IMG/VR virus record: IMGVR_UViG_3300010965_000007 | Span: 2,602-66,601 of that record | DNA from: a virus | Lineage: Duplodnaviria; Caudoviricetes | Reading direction: 5' to 3' (one strand) | DNA length: 64,000 bases | Shown: positions 37,023-46,938 of the stretch, piece after piece | Position numbering within the stretch: the first letter of the stretch is position 1 | Layout: every line of letters begins with the position of its first letter | Program-made: the position numbers and the translations under genes | Notes under the pieces: model-generated | What the model saw: the letters and a program-made list of their open reading frames with translations, nothing else | The model's database searches: none | Told to the model about the DNA's origin: nothing

Positions 37023-37622
37023 TTAATTGTGCCTTTTTTTACGCGCCATTACAGGGGTCGTTACTGCTTTTTCTACAGACCAATTAAGATTTTCTATTCT
37101 ATTAATAATTAGTGATTTGCTATTGCCACTTAAATTAGACAATTGTCTTGCTGTATATTCTTTTCCATAATAAATGTAGATTTTTTCGGATGCTACAGGT
37201 GTTCTTATAATTCTACCAATTGGCCAACCCATTTTAATTCTTCCATAAACTACCTGCCTAGTCACTCCTATATAAGTGGCCCATTCTGAAAGAGACAGTG
37301 TTTTTCCTCGATATGTGTATTTTTTGTTTTTATAGATTTTGCCTTTTGTATTTATAGCATCTTCTACTTTTTTTCCTGTTTTTATTCTCTGATATAATGC
37401 ACATTTATTGATTTCGGATATGGCGGCTAGTTCTTTTAATGTATAGTCCTTTCCTTCGTATTTATATTTTTTTGGAACAACGGCGGCTTTTTCAACAGAG
37501 TCCGATACAGTCCATCCTCTTTTTAATCTATTGTAAATTACTGTTCTGGAATGTCCAGATATTTTAGATAATTCTGAAATGCTGTGTTCTTTTCCGTTAT
37601 AGGTATATTTATTCATTTTCAT
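37023..37622 (-). CDS. Protein of four tandem HTH DNA-binding repeats (homing-endonuclease-type DNA-binding module, no nuclease domain)
   Basis: 4 copies of about 47 aa: Y.Y.GK..(S/T)..EL+..(S/I)G.....+Y.R+..GW.+...+.(K/T)P. Confidence 0.75.
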   Translation of the reverse strand: MKMNKYTYNGKEHSISELSKISGHSRTVIYNRLKRGWTVSDSVEKAAVVPKKYKYEGKDYTLKELAAISEINKCALYQRIKTGKKVEDAINTKGKIYKNKKYTYRGKTLSLSEWATYIGVTRQVVYGRIKMGWPIGRIIRTPVASEKIYIYYGKEYTARQLSNLSGNSKSLIINRIENLNWSVEKAVTTPVMARKKRHN

Positions 37623-37657
37623 TGCCCTATTAAGTTTTAGCAGGTTGTTTATTTATG

Positions 37658-38125
37658 CTAATCTTCCCAAGTTATTTCTACTACATATGGAGTTATTTCT
37701 TTTGTAGTCAAGAAATTAACAACTGATTCTGTACCTATTAATTTATTTCTATATCTAAAATCAAAAGTCATTTGTATGTATGGATTATTTCCATTTATTA
37801 AAGACATTAGTATTATTCTTTCGTATAGTGGGGTTATTAAACTAATTATTTTGCTAATTCCGTGATTAGCATTGATGCATAAAGATTTTTGAATAGTAGC
37901 TGAATGTTTTGAATCTAGATTTCCTTTCGAAAGCATGTCTGAAATTATTGATAAGTTATTTGTTAAATCCCCAAATAAAAACCAACTTATAAATGGAGAG
38001 ATGTCGTTTATAAAATGCAATTCCTTTATTGGATTGCAAAATGAAATTAAACCTTTTTCGAGTACATCTATATTGTCTGTTTCTATAATTGCGTATCTTA
38101 ATTCTGATCCATTATTAGGTTTCAT
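37658..38125 (-). CDS. Hypothetical protein
   Basis: 155-aa ORF. Confidence 0.6.
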   Translation of the reverse strand: MKPNNGSELRYAIIETDNIDVLEKGLISFCNPIKELHFINDISPFISWFLFGDLTNNLSIISDMLSKGNLDSKHSATIQKSLCINANHGISKIISLITPLYERIILMSLINGNNPYIQMTFDFRYRNKLIGTESVVNFLTTKEITPYVVEITWED

Positions 38126-38132
38126 TTTTTAA

Positions 38133-38351
38133 CTACTTGTAAAAAGTTACCCAGAGAAAACGAAAAATAATTCTTTTTAATAAAATAATTGAATTAGTAG
38201 GAAACCACCAAATAACTAAAAACCAATAACGCACTGGGTTTCTTTTTTTAAAATCTTGCATGGTTTTTCTATGATTAATTTCTAATTTTTTTAATTGCTT
38301 TTCAAGCTCATCAATTTCTTTTTTAAGATCGTCTGTTTTTTTTGGATTCAT
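38133..38351 (-). CDS. Small coiled-coil protein with a hydrophobic C-terminus
   Basis: Likely start MNPKKTDD at 38351; the longer track version overlaps tRNA-Leu. Confidence 0.55.
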   Translation of the reverse strand: MNPKKTDDLKKEIDELEKQLKKLEINHRKTMQDFKKRNPVRYWFLVIWWFPTNSIILLKRIIFRFLWVTFYK

Positions 38352-38441
38352 AATGAGACCTGCTTTTTGTTTTTTATTTGTAATCATAAAAAAAGAATTT
38401 ACAAACACGCTTTTTATCGCGTGTTTGTAAATTCTTACGAT

Positions 38442-38526
<85 letters not shown>

Positions 38527-38718
38527 GTTATATACAGCTATTTATCAATTCTGTCCTTGTACAAAGGAGGAGCTTCTCTGTTTTTTTGAATTTTATTCCG
38601 CAGCTCTTTCCATTGGCTTTTGATTTTATCTAAATAAATTAAATACATAGCGATTACTTTTTCAACTTGTTCTTCAACAAAAGCTTTCATTTTTTAGTTC
38701 TACCAAAAGAAAGAGAGG

Positions 38719-38795
38719 TGGAGCCCGCGGTCGGAGTCGAACCGACGACCTGCTGCTTACAAAGCAGCTGCTCTAACCAACTGAGCTAAACGGGC
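38719..38795 (-). tRNA. tRNA-Thr (anticodon UGU)
   Basis: GCCCGTTTAGCTCAGTTGGTTAGAGC, GCTGC-TTTGTAA-GCAGC, GGTTCGACTCC, encoded CCA. Confidence 0.92.
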
Positions 38796-38804
38796 TTAAT
38801 TAAA

Positions 38805-38880
38805 TGGTGCCCCCAGAAGGATTTGAACCTACGACCAAAGGATTATGAGTCCTCTGCTCTAACCGCTGAGCTATAGGGGC
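38805..38880 (-). tRNA. tRNA with CAU anticodon (Ile2-like or elongator Met)
   Basis: GCCCCTATAGCTCAGCGGTTAGAGCAGAGGA-CTCATAA-TCCTT...GGTTCAAATCC...CCA. The body resembles bacterial tRNA-Ile2. Confidence 0.88.
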
Positions 38881-38946
38881 TTTGAACTGAATTTTTAAAT
38901 GACTTTTATTCGTTTCATAAGATAACGCTGCTGTATTTTTTTATTA

Positions 38947-39231
38947 TTAATTTGCGGGGCTAAATGAAACTGCACAGTCTTTTAAATAATTTCCAATTCT
39001 TTTCTTTAATTGATCTACAATATCGTTGCCTGAAGATTTTGTTTCTGCCCATTGTGAGTATAGTAATAGAAAACGAATTTGCTTAATTTCACTCTCAGAA
39101 AGTTTTATAACGGTTTTCACTCCTTCAAATTCAAAAAAATCATCAAGAAATATTTGATATGTATTTAAAGCTATTGCATTTTCATCTACTTTTATTTCTG
39201 CTCCATCTTCTTTTTTAGCTGTAAGTTTCAT
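38947..39231 (-). CDS. Hypothetical protein, tandem paralog of 39256-39543
   Basis: Shared K.DG....V.......Y..F+.DFF.F.G.......E.K.+RFLLLYS.WA. Confidence 0.7.
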   Translation of the reverse strand: MKLTAKKEDGAEIKVDENAIALNTYQIFLDDFFEFEGVKTVIKLSESEIKQIRFLLLYSQWAETKSSGNDIVDQLKKRIGNYLKDCAVSFSPAN

Positions 39232-39255
39232 AATTTTTACTTTTGTTTGGTTTAA

Positions 39256-39543
39256 TTAGTTGCTTATAGTAATTCTAATAGTAGCATTTTGTTCTAAATA
39301 TTTTGTTATATGTCTTTTAAATTCAATTGATTCCTTATTATAAGTGCAAGGATCTCGAGCCCACTCTGAGTAAAGCAATAAAAAACGAACAGCTTTTCGT
39401 TCTTCGTTTGTTATGTTTAAATGAATTGGAAATCCTTGAAATTTGAAAAAATCGTAAATAAATGCTACGTAGTCGTTTTTATTTAAATTGGCATCTGAGA
39501 CAAGCGCATTTGTTCCGTCTTTTTTAGTTGTTGAATGGTGCAT
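39256..39543 (-). CDS. Hypothetical protein, tandem paralog of 38947-39231
   Basis: Same shared pattern. Confidence 0.7.
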   Translation of the reverse strand: MHHSTTKKDGTNALVSDANLNKNDYVAFIYDFFKFQGFPIHLNITNEERKAVRFLLLYSEWARDPCTYNKESIEFKRHITKYLEQNATIRITISN

Positions 39544-39555
39544 TTTTATTTTACC

Positions 39556-39999
39556 TTATGCGTTTGTTGTAGTTATTTCAATTGAATTATACCCTAAAGC
39601 AATTAGACCCTGCCGTACAATTTCAACGTCGTTTAAGATTACATTGTTTATCCTTACATTAAGATTTAAACTAACAACTAATTGAACAGAAAGTTCATCG
39701 ATCCATGGCAAGGCTATTATATTTTGTGTTCTGTCTGGTTTTGTATAAAGTACAAAACTGTAATCGTTTAATAGTTCTGGAGTTCCTGCTGGTAATAATG
39801 GAAAAATAGCATGATGCAATTGTTCCAAATTCATTGTTGAATAAACAGTGGAAGCAGACGTTGGCCTGATTTTTACCATTGTGGACGCTGCGGAATAAGA
39901 TAGCACTGCGTCTATTCTGGCTCTTTCTATAGTGGCTCCCAAGAAAGCAGACGCTAATGTAGAAAAACGATAAGTGGCTCCAATTGTAGTCGGATACAT
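39556..39999 (-). CDS. Conserved jumbo-phage protein, probable virion structural
   Basis: IGATYRF...LG......Y.AA...H..+FPLLP.GTP....Y......+A.PWI pattern recalled from phiKZ-like virion proteins. Confidence 0.55.
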   Translation of the reverse strand: MYPTTIGATYRFSTLASAFLGATIERARIDAVLSYSAASTMVKIRPTSASTVYSTMNLEQLHHAIFPLLPAGTPELLNDYSFVLYTKPDRTQNIIALPWIDELSVQLVVSLNLNVRINNVILNDVEIVRQGLIALGYNSIEITTTNA

Positions 40000-40406
40000 T
40001 ACATAGTGTCCTCTGAGAAAATGGTAAAACCTAACGCGTCGTTTTTAACAAAATTAAGAATACAAGCGGAGCAACCCCTGTAAAAAGGCCAGTCCATTAA
40101 ATTAAAATAAACAGCGGTTCCCAATGAAATAATTCCTTTTTTAAATAAATCCCTAATGGATGGATTATTTTCAAAGTATGTATTCCCAAGAAACAAATGG
40201 AAATCTGGTTTTGTTTGCAAACAATCTTGGAAAATTATAAAATCTTCGGTTAAACAATCGAATATTTGACGAATTGTTTCTTCATAAATAGAATCAATAG
40301 TAAAAGGATTAAAAAATACAGGATCAAGATAGCAAAGAATGGAAAGACAGTTTGTATAGTAATACGTTTCATGTGGGCTAATTGTGATGATGTATTTTTG
40401 TTCCAT
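39999..40406 (-). CDS. Hypothetical protein
   Basis: 135 aa, translationally coupled to the next gene. Confidence 0.6.
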   Translation of the reverse strand: MEQKYIITISPHETYYYTNCLSILCYLDPVFFNPFTIDSIYEETIRQIFDCLTEDFIIFQDCLQTKPDFHLFLGNTYFENNPSIRDLFKKGIISLGTAVYFNLMDWPFYRGCSACILNFVKNDALGFTIFSEDTM

Positions 40407-40412
40407 AACTTT

Positions 40413-40847
40413 TTAGTTAAATCGTTTAAAAACTAAAGAATCGTCTATAACAATATCTTCATTAAATAATTTTAACATAAGACTATTTTCATCTAACCAT
40501 TTATAAAATACGTAATCGTATTCTGTTTCTCCAGGCACGTTAACATAAATCTTTAATTGATAATAAAGATGCGCCAATATTCTTTCAAACAATTTATTAA
40601 GCTCAATTACCGATAATCTATTAGCTTCTTCAGTTGAAAACCTTTCATCAATGTCGCTCCAAAATAATTCTTCTAAATTAAACATTAATAATCTATGCAC
40701 ATTAACTAAACTTGAGCTGGCCATTAATTTTTGAATAATATCGTTAACTGGTAATTTATCAAATAACTCAGGGTACGATTGTTTAATTATTTTTCCCCAA
40801 GCTACGTCTAGTATAATATACATTGGAGGATCAGTCATAATCTTCAT
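40413..40847 (-). CDS. Hypothetical protein
   Basis: 144 aa in an operon-like run. Confidence 0.6.
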   Translation of the reverse strand: MKIMTDPPMYIILDVAWGKIIKQSYPELFDKLPVNDIIQKLMASSSLVNVHRLLMFNLEELFWSDIDERFSTEEANRLSVIELNKLFERILAHLYYQLKIYVNVPGETEYDYVFYKWLDENSLMLKLFNEDIVIDDSLVFKRFN

Positions 40848-41526
40848 CTCCTTTACAAAATTTTTTTGGAAATATCGGGTCAGTTAATTGGTTAGATTCT
40901 ATTAATTGATGATAATAGTAAACACGATAATCGCACGTTTTTTTTATAATAATATCAACATTATTTAATTCTACAAAATACAAATGCCATCTATCATTAT
41001 TTATTAATTCTTCTATTGAGTTATAGAATGCACTTATTAAAAAATCAAAAACACCATCTTCGTAGGATTTAACTCCTTCGTCTGTAAGAATTGTTCCTAG
41101 CTCGTTTGTAGAAGATAAACGATTTGGAACTGTTGCATCAGAGATGTAACAGTCGATATCATATCTGATTAATTTTAATTCCTGTATTGGCATTTTTGGA
41201 ATATTTGTTAAAAATTGTTCTTGTTTTTTTATAGTATATTTTGTTATTATTGTTTTTCCTGTTTTATCAACAATAGCTCCCTCTTCATTTATTAATTGAA
41301 TAATGGGTGTATTTGATTCAAATGATTTTTCTGAAAAATAAGGCTGCCCCGTTTTTAGTATAGGAGAAGTGGCGTTTGTAAAATAAACTCCTTCAGGAGG
41401 AGGTAAAAATAAAGAAGCCCATTTTGAACGCAATTTTGTTGCGCATAAATATGCGTCAATTATTAATATAGCAGAAGGATCTAGTAATTCTTGGATAGAA
41501 GGATTTTTTTTATACATTTCTAACAA
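40831..41526 (-). CDS. Conserved hypothetical jumbo-phage protein
   Basis: 231 aa in an operon-like run. Confidence 0.6.
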   Translation of the reverse strand: MLEMYKKNPSIQELLDPSAILIIDAYLCATKLRSKWASLFLPPPEGVYFTNATSPILKTGQPYFSEKSFESNTPIIQLINEEGAIVDKTGKTIITKYTIKKQEQFLTNIPKMPIQELKLIRYDIDCYISDATVPNRLSSTNELGTILTDEGVKSYEDGVFDFLISAFYNSIEELINNDRWHLYFVELNNVDIIIKKTCDYRVYYYHQLIESNQLTDPIFPKKFCKGDEDYD

Positions 41527-41863
41527 TGAATAAATCGGTGTAGGTTACTAACACTTTAATTAATGAGCCTTTTTTCAAAGCATTAATCAAGAATCCACAT
41601 TTTGGTTTTAAGTATTTTTCTATCACTTCTCCTATTGATCCTTTATGCATTTGATTTAACGAAATATCGTAAGCAATGCGGTAATGTTCTTTTCCAATTC
41701 TTTCATTTAATAACTCGTCGTCAAACCAGTGAAACTGAATTCTTACATTTAAAAAACGCTCAACCGCCTCTTTAACGCTCCAGTCAAAAAACTCTTCTGA
41801 TTCGCATTCTCTAATAAAGCCATTTTCCCAAAGCTCTATTATTCTTAGCCTAATAAATAACAT
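41510..41863 (-). CDS. Hypothetical protein
   Basis: 117 aa; first gene of the leftward run. Confidence 0.55.
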   Translation of the reverse strand: MLFIRLRIIELWENGFIRECESEEFFDWSVKEAVERFLNVRIQFHWFDDELLNERIGKEHYRIAYDISLNQMHKGSIGEVIEKYLKPKCGFLINALKKGSLIKVLVTYTDLFIVRNV

Positions 41864-42120
41864 CAGTTCAGTTATTGAAATAATTATTATAAACTGATTG
41901 TTATCTAAAGGACAGCTCCAGTTTTTATCTATAATAATTTTTAATAACCTCGTTTTAAAAATAATAAAGTTAACTTATATAAAATATATATAACCATTAT
42001 TCAGTTGAAATCACAAAACTTTATTAATGCGTTGATATCTTCTCTATATCATTATTTTAGTTATTTTTAAAATATTTTATAATCTCACCGGAGCTATTAG
42101 AGTTGTATTATTATTATTAT

Positions 42121-42164
42121 TTTAATTTATTAGGTTTTTTTTAAAAAAAACCTAATAAATTAAA
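42121..42164. repeat. Perfect 44-bp palindrome in an AT-rich divergent intergenic region
   Basis: tttaatttattagg-T8-A8-cctaataaattaaa is self-complementary with no loop. Confidence 0.9.
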
Positions 42165-42366
42165 TATATTTTATAAATTTTTAAGGTGGGAGATTCTTTT
42201 ATACTAAAAGAATCTCCCCCACTTTATTAGTAAATTGCAGTAAAAAAATATTAGAATTTCTATATCACAAGGCAATTTATTATTATTGTGCATGTTATTT
42301 TTTTTAGTCGGCCAATCAAATGAGGGCACCAGTTGACTACAGTTTGTAATAAACCCAGGATCAAAA

Positions 42367-42978
42367 ATGACAACTTACGCAATTAGCAATCAAGAAGCGA
42401 AAGATGCTTCCGAAGAATCAACTCAAGTGGAAAAAAAAGAAGAACAGTCTTTAAACAAAGAAACGGAAAAAAAAGAACCCCAACACCTAATAATAGAAAC
42501 GTCCGGGTCTCTTGGTGAAGTTTACACCAGAGCCTTAAATGTTGTTTACGCAAATGATAACCCTATTAAGCCAGAGGAGCAACAAGATAATTTTAGTAAA
42601 ATAAAAGCAGTTAGTAAAGAATCGGCGGCTAATGACCATCCTTCTATAGCGGAAAAAGCAATAATTAGTAATGATATAAAAGAACACGATATGCAAATAG
42701 GCGAACCAAAATTATTTGTTTATGCGACAGATTCAGAAAAAATAACCGAAGGCCCAATTAACGATATATTTGACAACTTAAGAGATATAGCAGAAACAAA
42801 AAATAATCAAAGCATAGTAGTTATAGAAGGAAATAGACACATATCAAAGAATCAGGTTGTTTTAGAAGATTTCTTAAATGAAAATAAAATACCTATTTAC
42901 CACCAAAGAAAAAGTGCAATAGCTGGAATTATTAAAAAAGCAATAATTATAAAAAACAACTTAACTCGCAAAGAATAA
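42367..42978 (+). CDS. Hypothetical protein, probably virion-associated
   Basis: 203 aa, acidic; first gene of the rightward terminase operon. Confidence 0.55.
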   Translation: MTTYAISNQEAKDASEESTQVEKKEEQSLNKETEKKEPQHLIIETSGSLGEVYTRALNVVYANDNPIKPEEQQDNFSKIKAVSKESAANDHPSIAEKAIISNDIKEHDMQIGEPKLFVYATDSEKITEGPINDIFDNLRDIAETKNNQSIVVIEGNRHISKNQVVLEDFLNENKIPIYHQRKSAIAGIIKKAIIIKNNLTRKE

Positions 42979-44214
42979 ATGAAAACTATACGCAGTGTTT
43001 TTGACGAACAGTTTCCAAATTTAATAGCTGATAAAAAATTAGCAGAAGAACTACATCGTTTTCGCATAGCTTTTGCTAATAAAAATAACGATCATTTAGA
43101 ATTTTTTGGAGGTAATCTTACTGGAGTTCATGTAATTAGATTTTCGGATAAAGACTTTTCTACTTTTTTTAATGAAATTCTTAATATAAATATGACATCA
43201 TTGGCTGCTGAATTAAAAAAAGTAGAGGCGATAGATGCAAACTGGAAAATTGCATCAGATGTGTTCAATCTAACGTGCATTTATTTGATACATGTTTTTT
43301 TAGTATCAAAGCAATTAACCCCGGCTCAAAGAGAAGAGGCCGCTATTAACATAGGAATAATTTTTAATTATAGATGCATATCTGCTTTGATGAATTATTA
43401 TTTTAAATATCCTATTGACAAAAAATTAGCGGAAGCAGTTTATTCAACATTAAGCAAACATTTTTTACTAAAAAGATTAGGCACATGGCAAGATGTGATG
43501 GTCTATCGCGCAGAATCAATTATATCCAAAACTGGAATTCATAGGAAAGCGTTGGAAAACTTTGATAACGATGCTTCTTTGATAAATGTTATGAACGATA
43601 GTCAAGGAAGAATTAGAGATACAATGAAAAATTATTATAAATATTTTATCAAAGTTCATTCGTCTGGAGATCGTTATTCTACTTCAACATCTGTTGGCAT
43701 GTCAACGGATGGAACATTGATAATAAAAGACAGAATTAACGGTCTTTCTATTTATTCTGATTACATTTATTCAGTGTTAACTGACAAGCAATCTTTTATA
43801 AGACAAGAGTTGCTAGACATTGTTGTAGATATAATATACACTGTTCAGCTAAAGCAGTTTATCATAACGCTAGAATGGCTATCTGATAATTATTATGTCC
43901 ATGAGAATGCGTCGTTTGTTGATTCTATTATAAAAAAAATTATGGTTCATAGTTATCATTATTTAATTGATAATAGGTACATTTTAAATAATAAAAAAGA
44001 CATAGCGGGATTGCTAACTAGACTAAGAGGAATTTATACTTCTAGCCGAAGTAGCGATTCTGATTTGTTAGAACTAAGAGTTCTTGGAGATAAATTGGTA
44101 AAATTAGCTATTGGAGATATTACTGCTCAAGCAACATCGTCAATCAGAACGAGTGTTTTTTTATACATCTCATTAAGGGCATACACAAAAAGCTATTACA
44201 CAGGAAAAGAGTAA
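42979..44214 (+). CDS. Conserved phiKZ-like virion structural protein
   Basis: 411 aa, KN.DH..FFGGNL.GVH.IRF family motif; lies upstream of terminase. Confidence 0.7.
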   Translation: MKTIRSVFDEQFPNLIADKKLAEELHRFRIAFANKNNDHLEFFGGNLTGVHVIRFSDKDFSTFFNEILNINMTSLAAELKKVEAIDANWKIASDVFNLTCIYLIHVFLVSKQLTPAQREEAAINIGIIFNYRCISALMNYYFKYPIDKKLAEAVYSTLSKHFLLKRLGTWQDVMVYRAESIISKTGIHRKALENFDNDASLINVMNDSQGRIRDTMKNYYKYFIKVHSSGDRYSTSTSVGMSTDGTLIIKDRINGLSIYSDYIYSVLTDKQSFIRQELLDIVVDIIYTVQLKQFIITLEWLSDNYYVHENASFVDSIIKKIMVHSYHYLIDNRYILNNKKDIAGLLTRLRGIYTSSRSSDSDLLELRVLGDKLVKLAIGDITAQATSSIRTSVFLYISLRAYTKSYYTGKE

Positions 44215-44264
44215 TTTTTTATATTTAATATCTTTTATGGTTCTAAAGAGGAAGTCCGGTAAAA

Positions 44265-44708
44265 ATGAGTGATCTAAAAGAAGATTCTTCTACTTCTACA
44301 AATTTAATTAAATTGATTTATAGAAAAATAATGCTATATTTGACTAGGAAATTCATTCAAATCATTGGAGTTAGATTTTATAAATCTGTTAAATTAACAA
44401 TGATTAATGAAAACGCGCAAGTTGTGATTAGAGGAGTGAAAGGGGAACAAATAACGTTTCGATTTTTTAAAGAACCTGTCGGATATTTGTTATATAGAAG
44501 AGGTAAAATTCATTTACAAAAATTTTCCATATTTATGATAAACGCTGAATTCTCAGATTCTCTTCCGAATAGGTTAAAGAATTTTTCTAACATTAGGTTA
44601 TTTGCTAAGAAAAAATTTTTATTCCATGACGATTCAATCACATTTGAGGTTTTATTAAAAGTATATTTAGATTTTATTGAAAATATTATTAAATTGGAAT
44701 GTGAATAA
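44265..44708 (+). CDS. Hypothetical protein
   Basis: 147 aa between the structural gene and terminase. Confidence 0.55.
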   Translation: MSDLKEDSSTSTNLIKLIYRKIMLYLTRKFIQIIGVRFYKSVKLTMINENAQVVIRGVKGEQITFRFFKEPVGYLLYRRGKIHLQKFSIFMINAEFSDSLPNRLKNFSNIRLFAKKKFLFHDDSITFEVLLKVYLDFIENIIKLECE

Positions 44709-44746
44709 TTAATAAAAAGTTTTTTTAAAAAACAGGGGAATTTTTT

Positions 44747-46909
44747 GTGATTTTATTTAAAAAAGACTGGGATAGATATCCAAAAGCTATAATTGACACC
44801 GATACAAAAAATAAAAGCTTTGTAAGATTATCAGCTTTATATAGAGAAATGGGAGTTGAAAATCATTCTTTTATTTTATCCTTATTAAATCCAGCTCTTC
44901 AAGGAATAGACCCGCATAGAGCAGATTTGGGAAAAGAAATTTATTATGCAATTGCATTAGAATGTAAAGAAAACTTCTTTTATTTCTTAAGAGAAGTTGT
45001 AAGAATACCAGGTAAATCCAGTGTAAATCCTGTTTTGTTTAATGCTAACAGAGGGAATATTGCGTTATTTTGGTTATTTTTTAATCATGTTGAAACTATA
45101 TTAGTTCAAATAAGGCAAACTGGTAAATCCATATCCTCAGCTGTATTATTGGATTATTTATTAAACATTCGTTGTGTTAATACTGAAATAAATTTATTAA
45201 CAAAAGGAGATGTTAACAGAGCTAAAACTCTTGATGATCTGAAAAAAATAGACCAAGAGTTTCCATTTTACCTTTGCCAAAGAAGAAAAGACGACATTGC
45301 TAATACAGAACAATTATCGGTTCGAAGATTAGGCAATATGTTTAAAGCTCATGTTCCAAATGCTTCTCCAAAAATGGCTCTTGGAAAAGGCAGAGGGTTG
45401 ACTAGCGGAATTTTTGATATAGACGAAGCGGCTTATATTCAGAACATAGAAATAACATTGCCAGCAGCCTTAGCTGCCGGGATAGCTGCGAGAGACATTG
45501 CTCGGCAAAATAACGAACCATATGGAACAATGCTTACAACGACGGCTGGAAAAAAAGACGACAGAGATGGCCGTTATGTTTATAATTTGTTAATTAATTC
45601 TGCTGAATGGAGTGAAAAATTATTTGATTGTAAAAATAAAGAACATTTAGAAGAAGTTATAAGAAAAAATTCACCTCAAGGGAGATTTCGTGTAAACTGC
45701 ACTCTTAATCATAGGCAATTAGGTTACACAGATGAATGGCTAAAAAGAGCAATTGAAGAATCAAATGCTGTTGGAGACGATGTAAAAAGAGACTTTCTTA
45801 ACATATGGACGTCTGGTTCACAGACCTCTCCATTAACAATTGCATTGGCTGATAAAATAAGAGCATCTGAAAGAAACGTAAATCGATCAGAAATATCTGT
45901 TCCAAATGCATACATTATAAGATGGTATTTTAGTGAAGAAGAAATAAAAAACAGACATAATAATGGACATTTTATTATATCGTGCGATTCGAGCGATGCT
46001 GTTGGAGCCGACGACATAGCGTTTCATTTTAGAGATATTAAAACTGGGGAAACATTGGGAGCTGTAACAATTAATGAAACAAATTTAATTTCTGTTTGTG
46101 AATGGATAGTAATGATATTAACAACATACTTTAATTCTACAATCATTATAGAACGACGCTCCTCTGGGGCATACATTATTGATTACCTTTTGAGAATGCT
46201 TCCTGCCAAAGAAATAGATCCATTTCAAAGACTTTATAATCGAGTTGTTCATGAATTAGATGAATTCCCAGCTAGGTATAGAGAAGTCGCTAGTTCTCCT
46301 TTATACTCCAGAACTGAAGAGTTTTATTCTAAATATAAAAAATTATTTGGTTTTGCTACATCGGGTGGAGGAATTTCTAGCAGATCTGAGCTATATAGTA
46401 CCACATTAACAATGGCTTCTAAAGTAACTGGCCATGTGGTTTATGATAAAAAAACAATAGATCAAATATTAAGTTTAATAATTAAAAACAATCGGGTGGA
46501 TCATCCTGACGGAGAACACGACGACAGCTGTATTGCGTGGCTGTTGTCTGCATGGCTGCTATTTAGTGGAAAAAATTTAGAAAAATATGGAGTAAATAGA
46601 TATCATGTATTATCAAACAATATTACCGGAAGAACAAAGGAAGACATTGATCTTCGAATAGCAACAGAAGAGCAACAATTAATAAGAAAAAATATTGAGG
46701 ATACAGTCAAGCAAATTTCAAAAGAACATGATCGTTTTATTATATTGCGATTAGAAAATGATTTAAGAATATTAGCTAGAAAAGTAATTTTAACAGAAAA
46801 CGAAACATTTTCTGTGGATGATCTTCTTAGAAAAATAGACGAAGATAGAAAAACCGCGCGATTTGCAGAAAGCCAGCGTTTTTACAGTCCGTATACTCAA
46901 CGCTATTAA
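44747..46909 (+). CDS. terL: Terminase large subunit (phiKZ gp25-like)
   Basis: 720 aa; Walker A RQTGKS, Walker B DIDEAAY, TTTAG motif, and nuclease acidic motifs DSSDAVG and HDDSCIAW. Confidence 0.92.
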   Translation: MILFKKDWDRYPKAIIDTDTKNKSFVRLSALYREMGVENHSFILSLLNPALQGIDPHRADLGKEIYYAIALECKENFFYFLREVVRIPGKSSVNPVLFNANRGNIALFWLFFNHVETILVQIRQTGKSISSAVLLDYLLNIRCVNTEINLLTKGDVNRAKTLDDLKKIDQEFPFYLCQRRKDDIANTEQLSVRRLGNMFKAHVPNASPKMALGKGRGLTSGIFDIDEAAYIQNIEITLPAALAAGIAARDIARQNNEPYGTMLTTTAGKKDDRDGRYVYNLLINSAEWSEKLFDCKNKEHLEEVIRKNSPQGRFRVNCTLNHRQLGYTDEWLKRAIEESNAVGDDVKRDFLNIWTSGSQTSPLTIALADKIRASERNVNRSEISVPNAYIIRWYFSEEEIKNRHNNGHFIISCDSSDAVGADDIAFHFRDIKTGETLGAVTINETNLISVCEWIVMILTTYFNSTIIIERRSSGAYIIDYLLRMLPAKEIDPFQRLYNRVVHELDEFPARYREVASSPLYSRTEEFYSKYKKLFGFATSGGGISSRSELYSTTLTMASKVTGHVVYDKKTIDQILSLIIKNNRVDHPDGEHDDSCIAWLLSAWLLFSGKNLEKYGVNRYHVLSNNITGRTKEDIDLRIATEEQQLIRKNIEDTVKQISKEHDRFIILRLENDLRILARKVILTENETFSVDDLLRKIDEDRKTARFAESQRFYSPYTQRY

Positions 46910-46938
46910 ATGTTGAGTCTGAAAAAGGTAAAATAACT

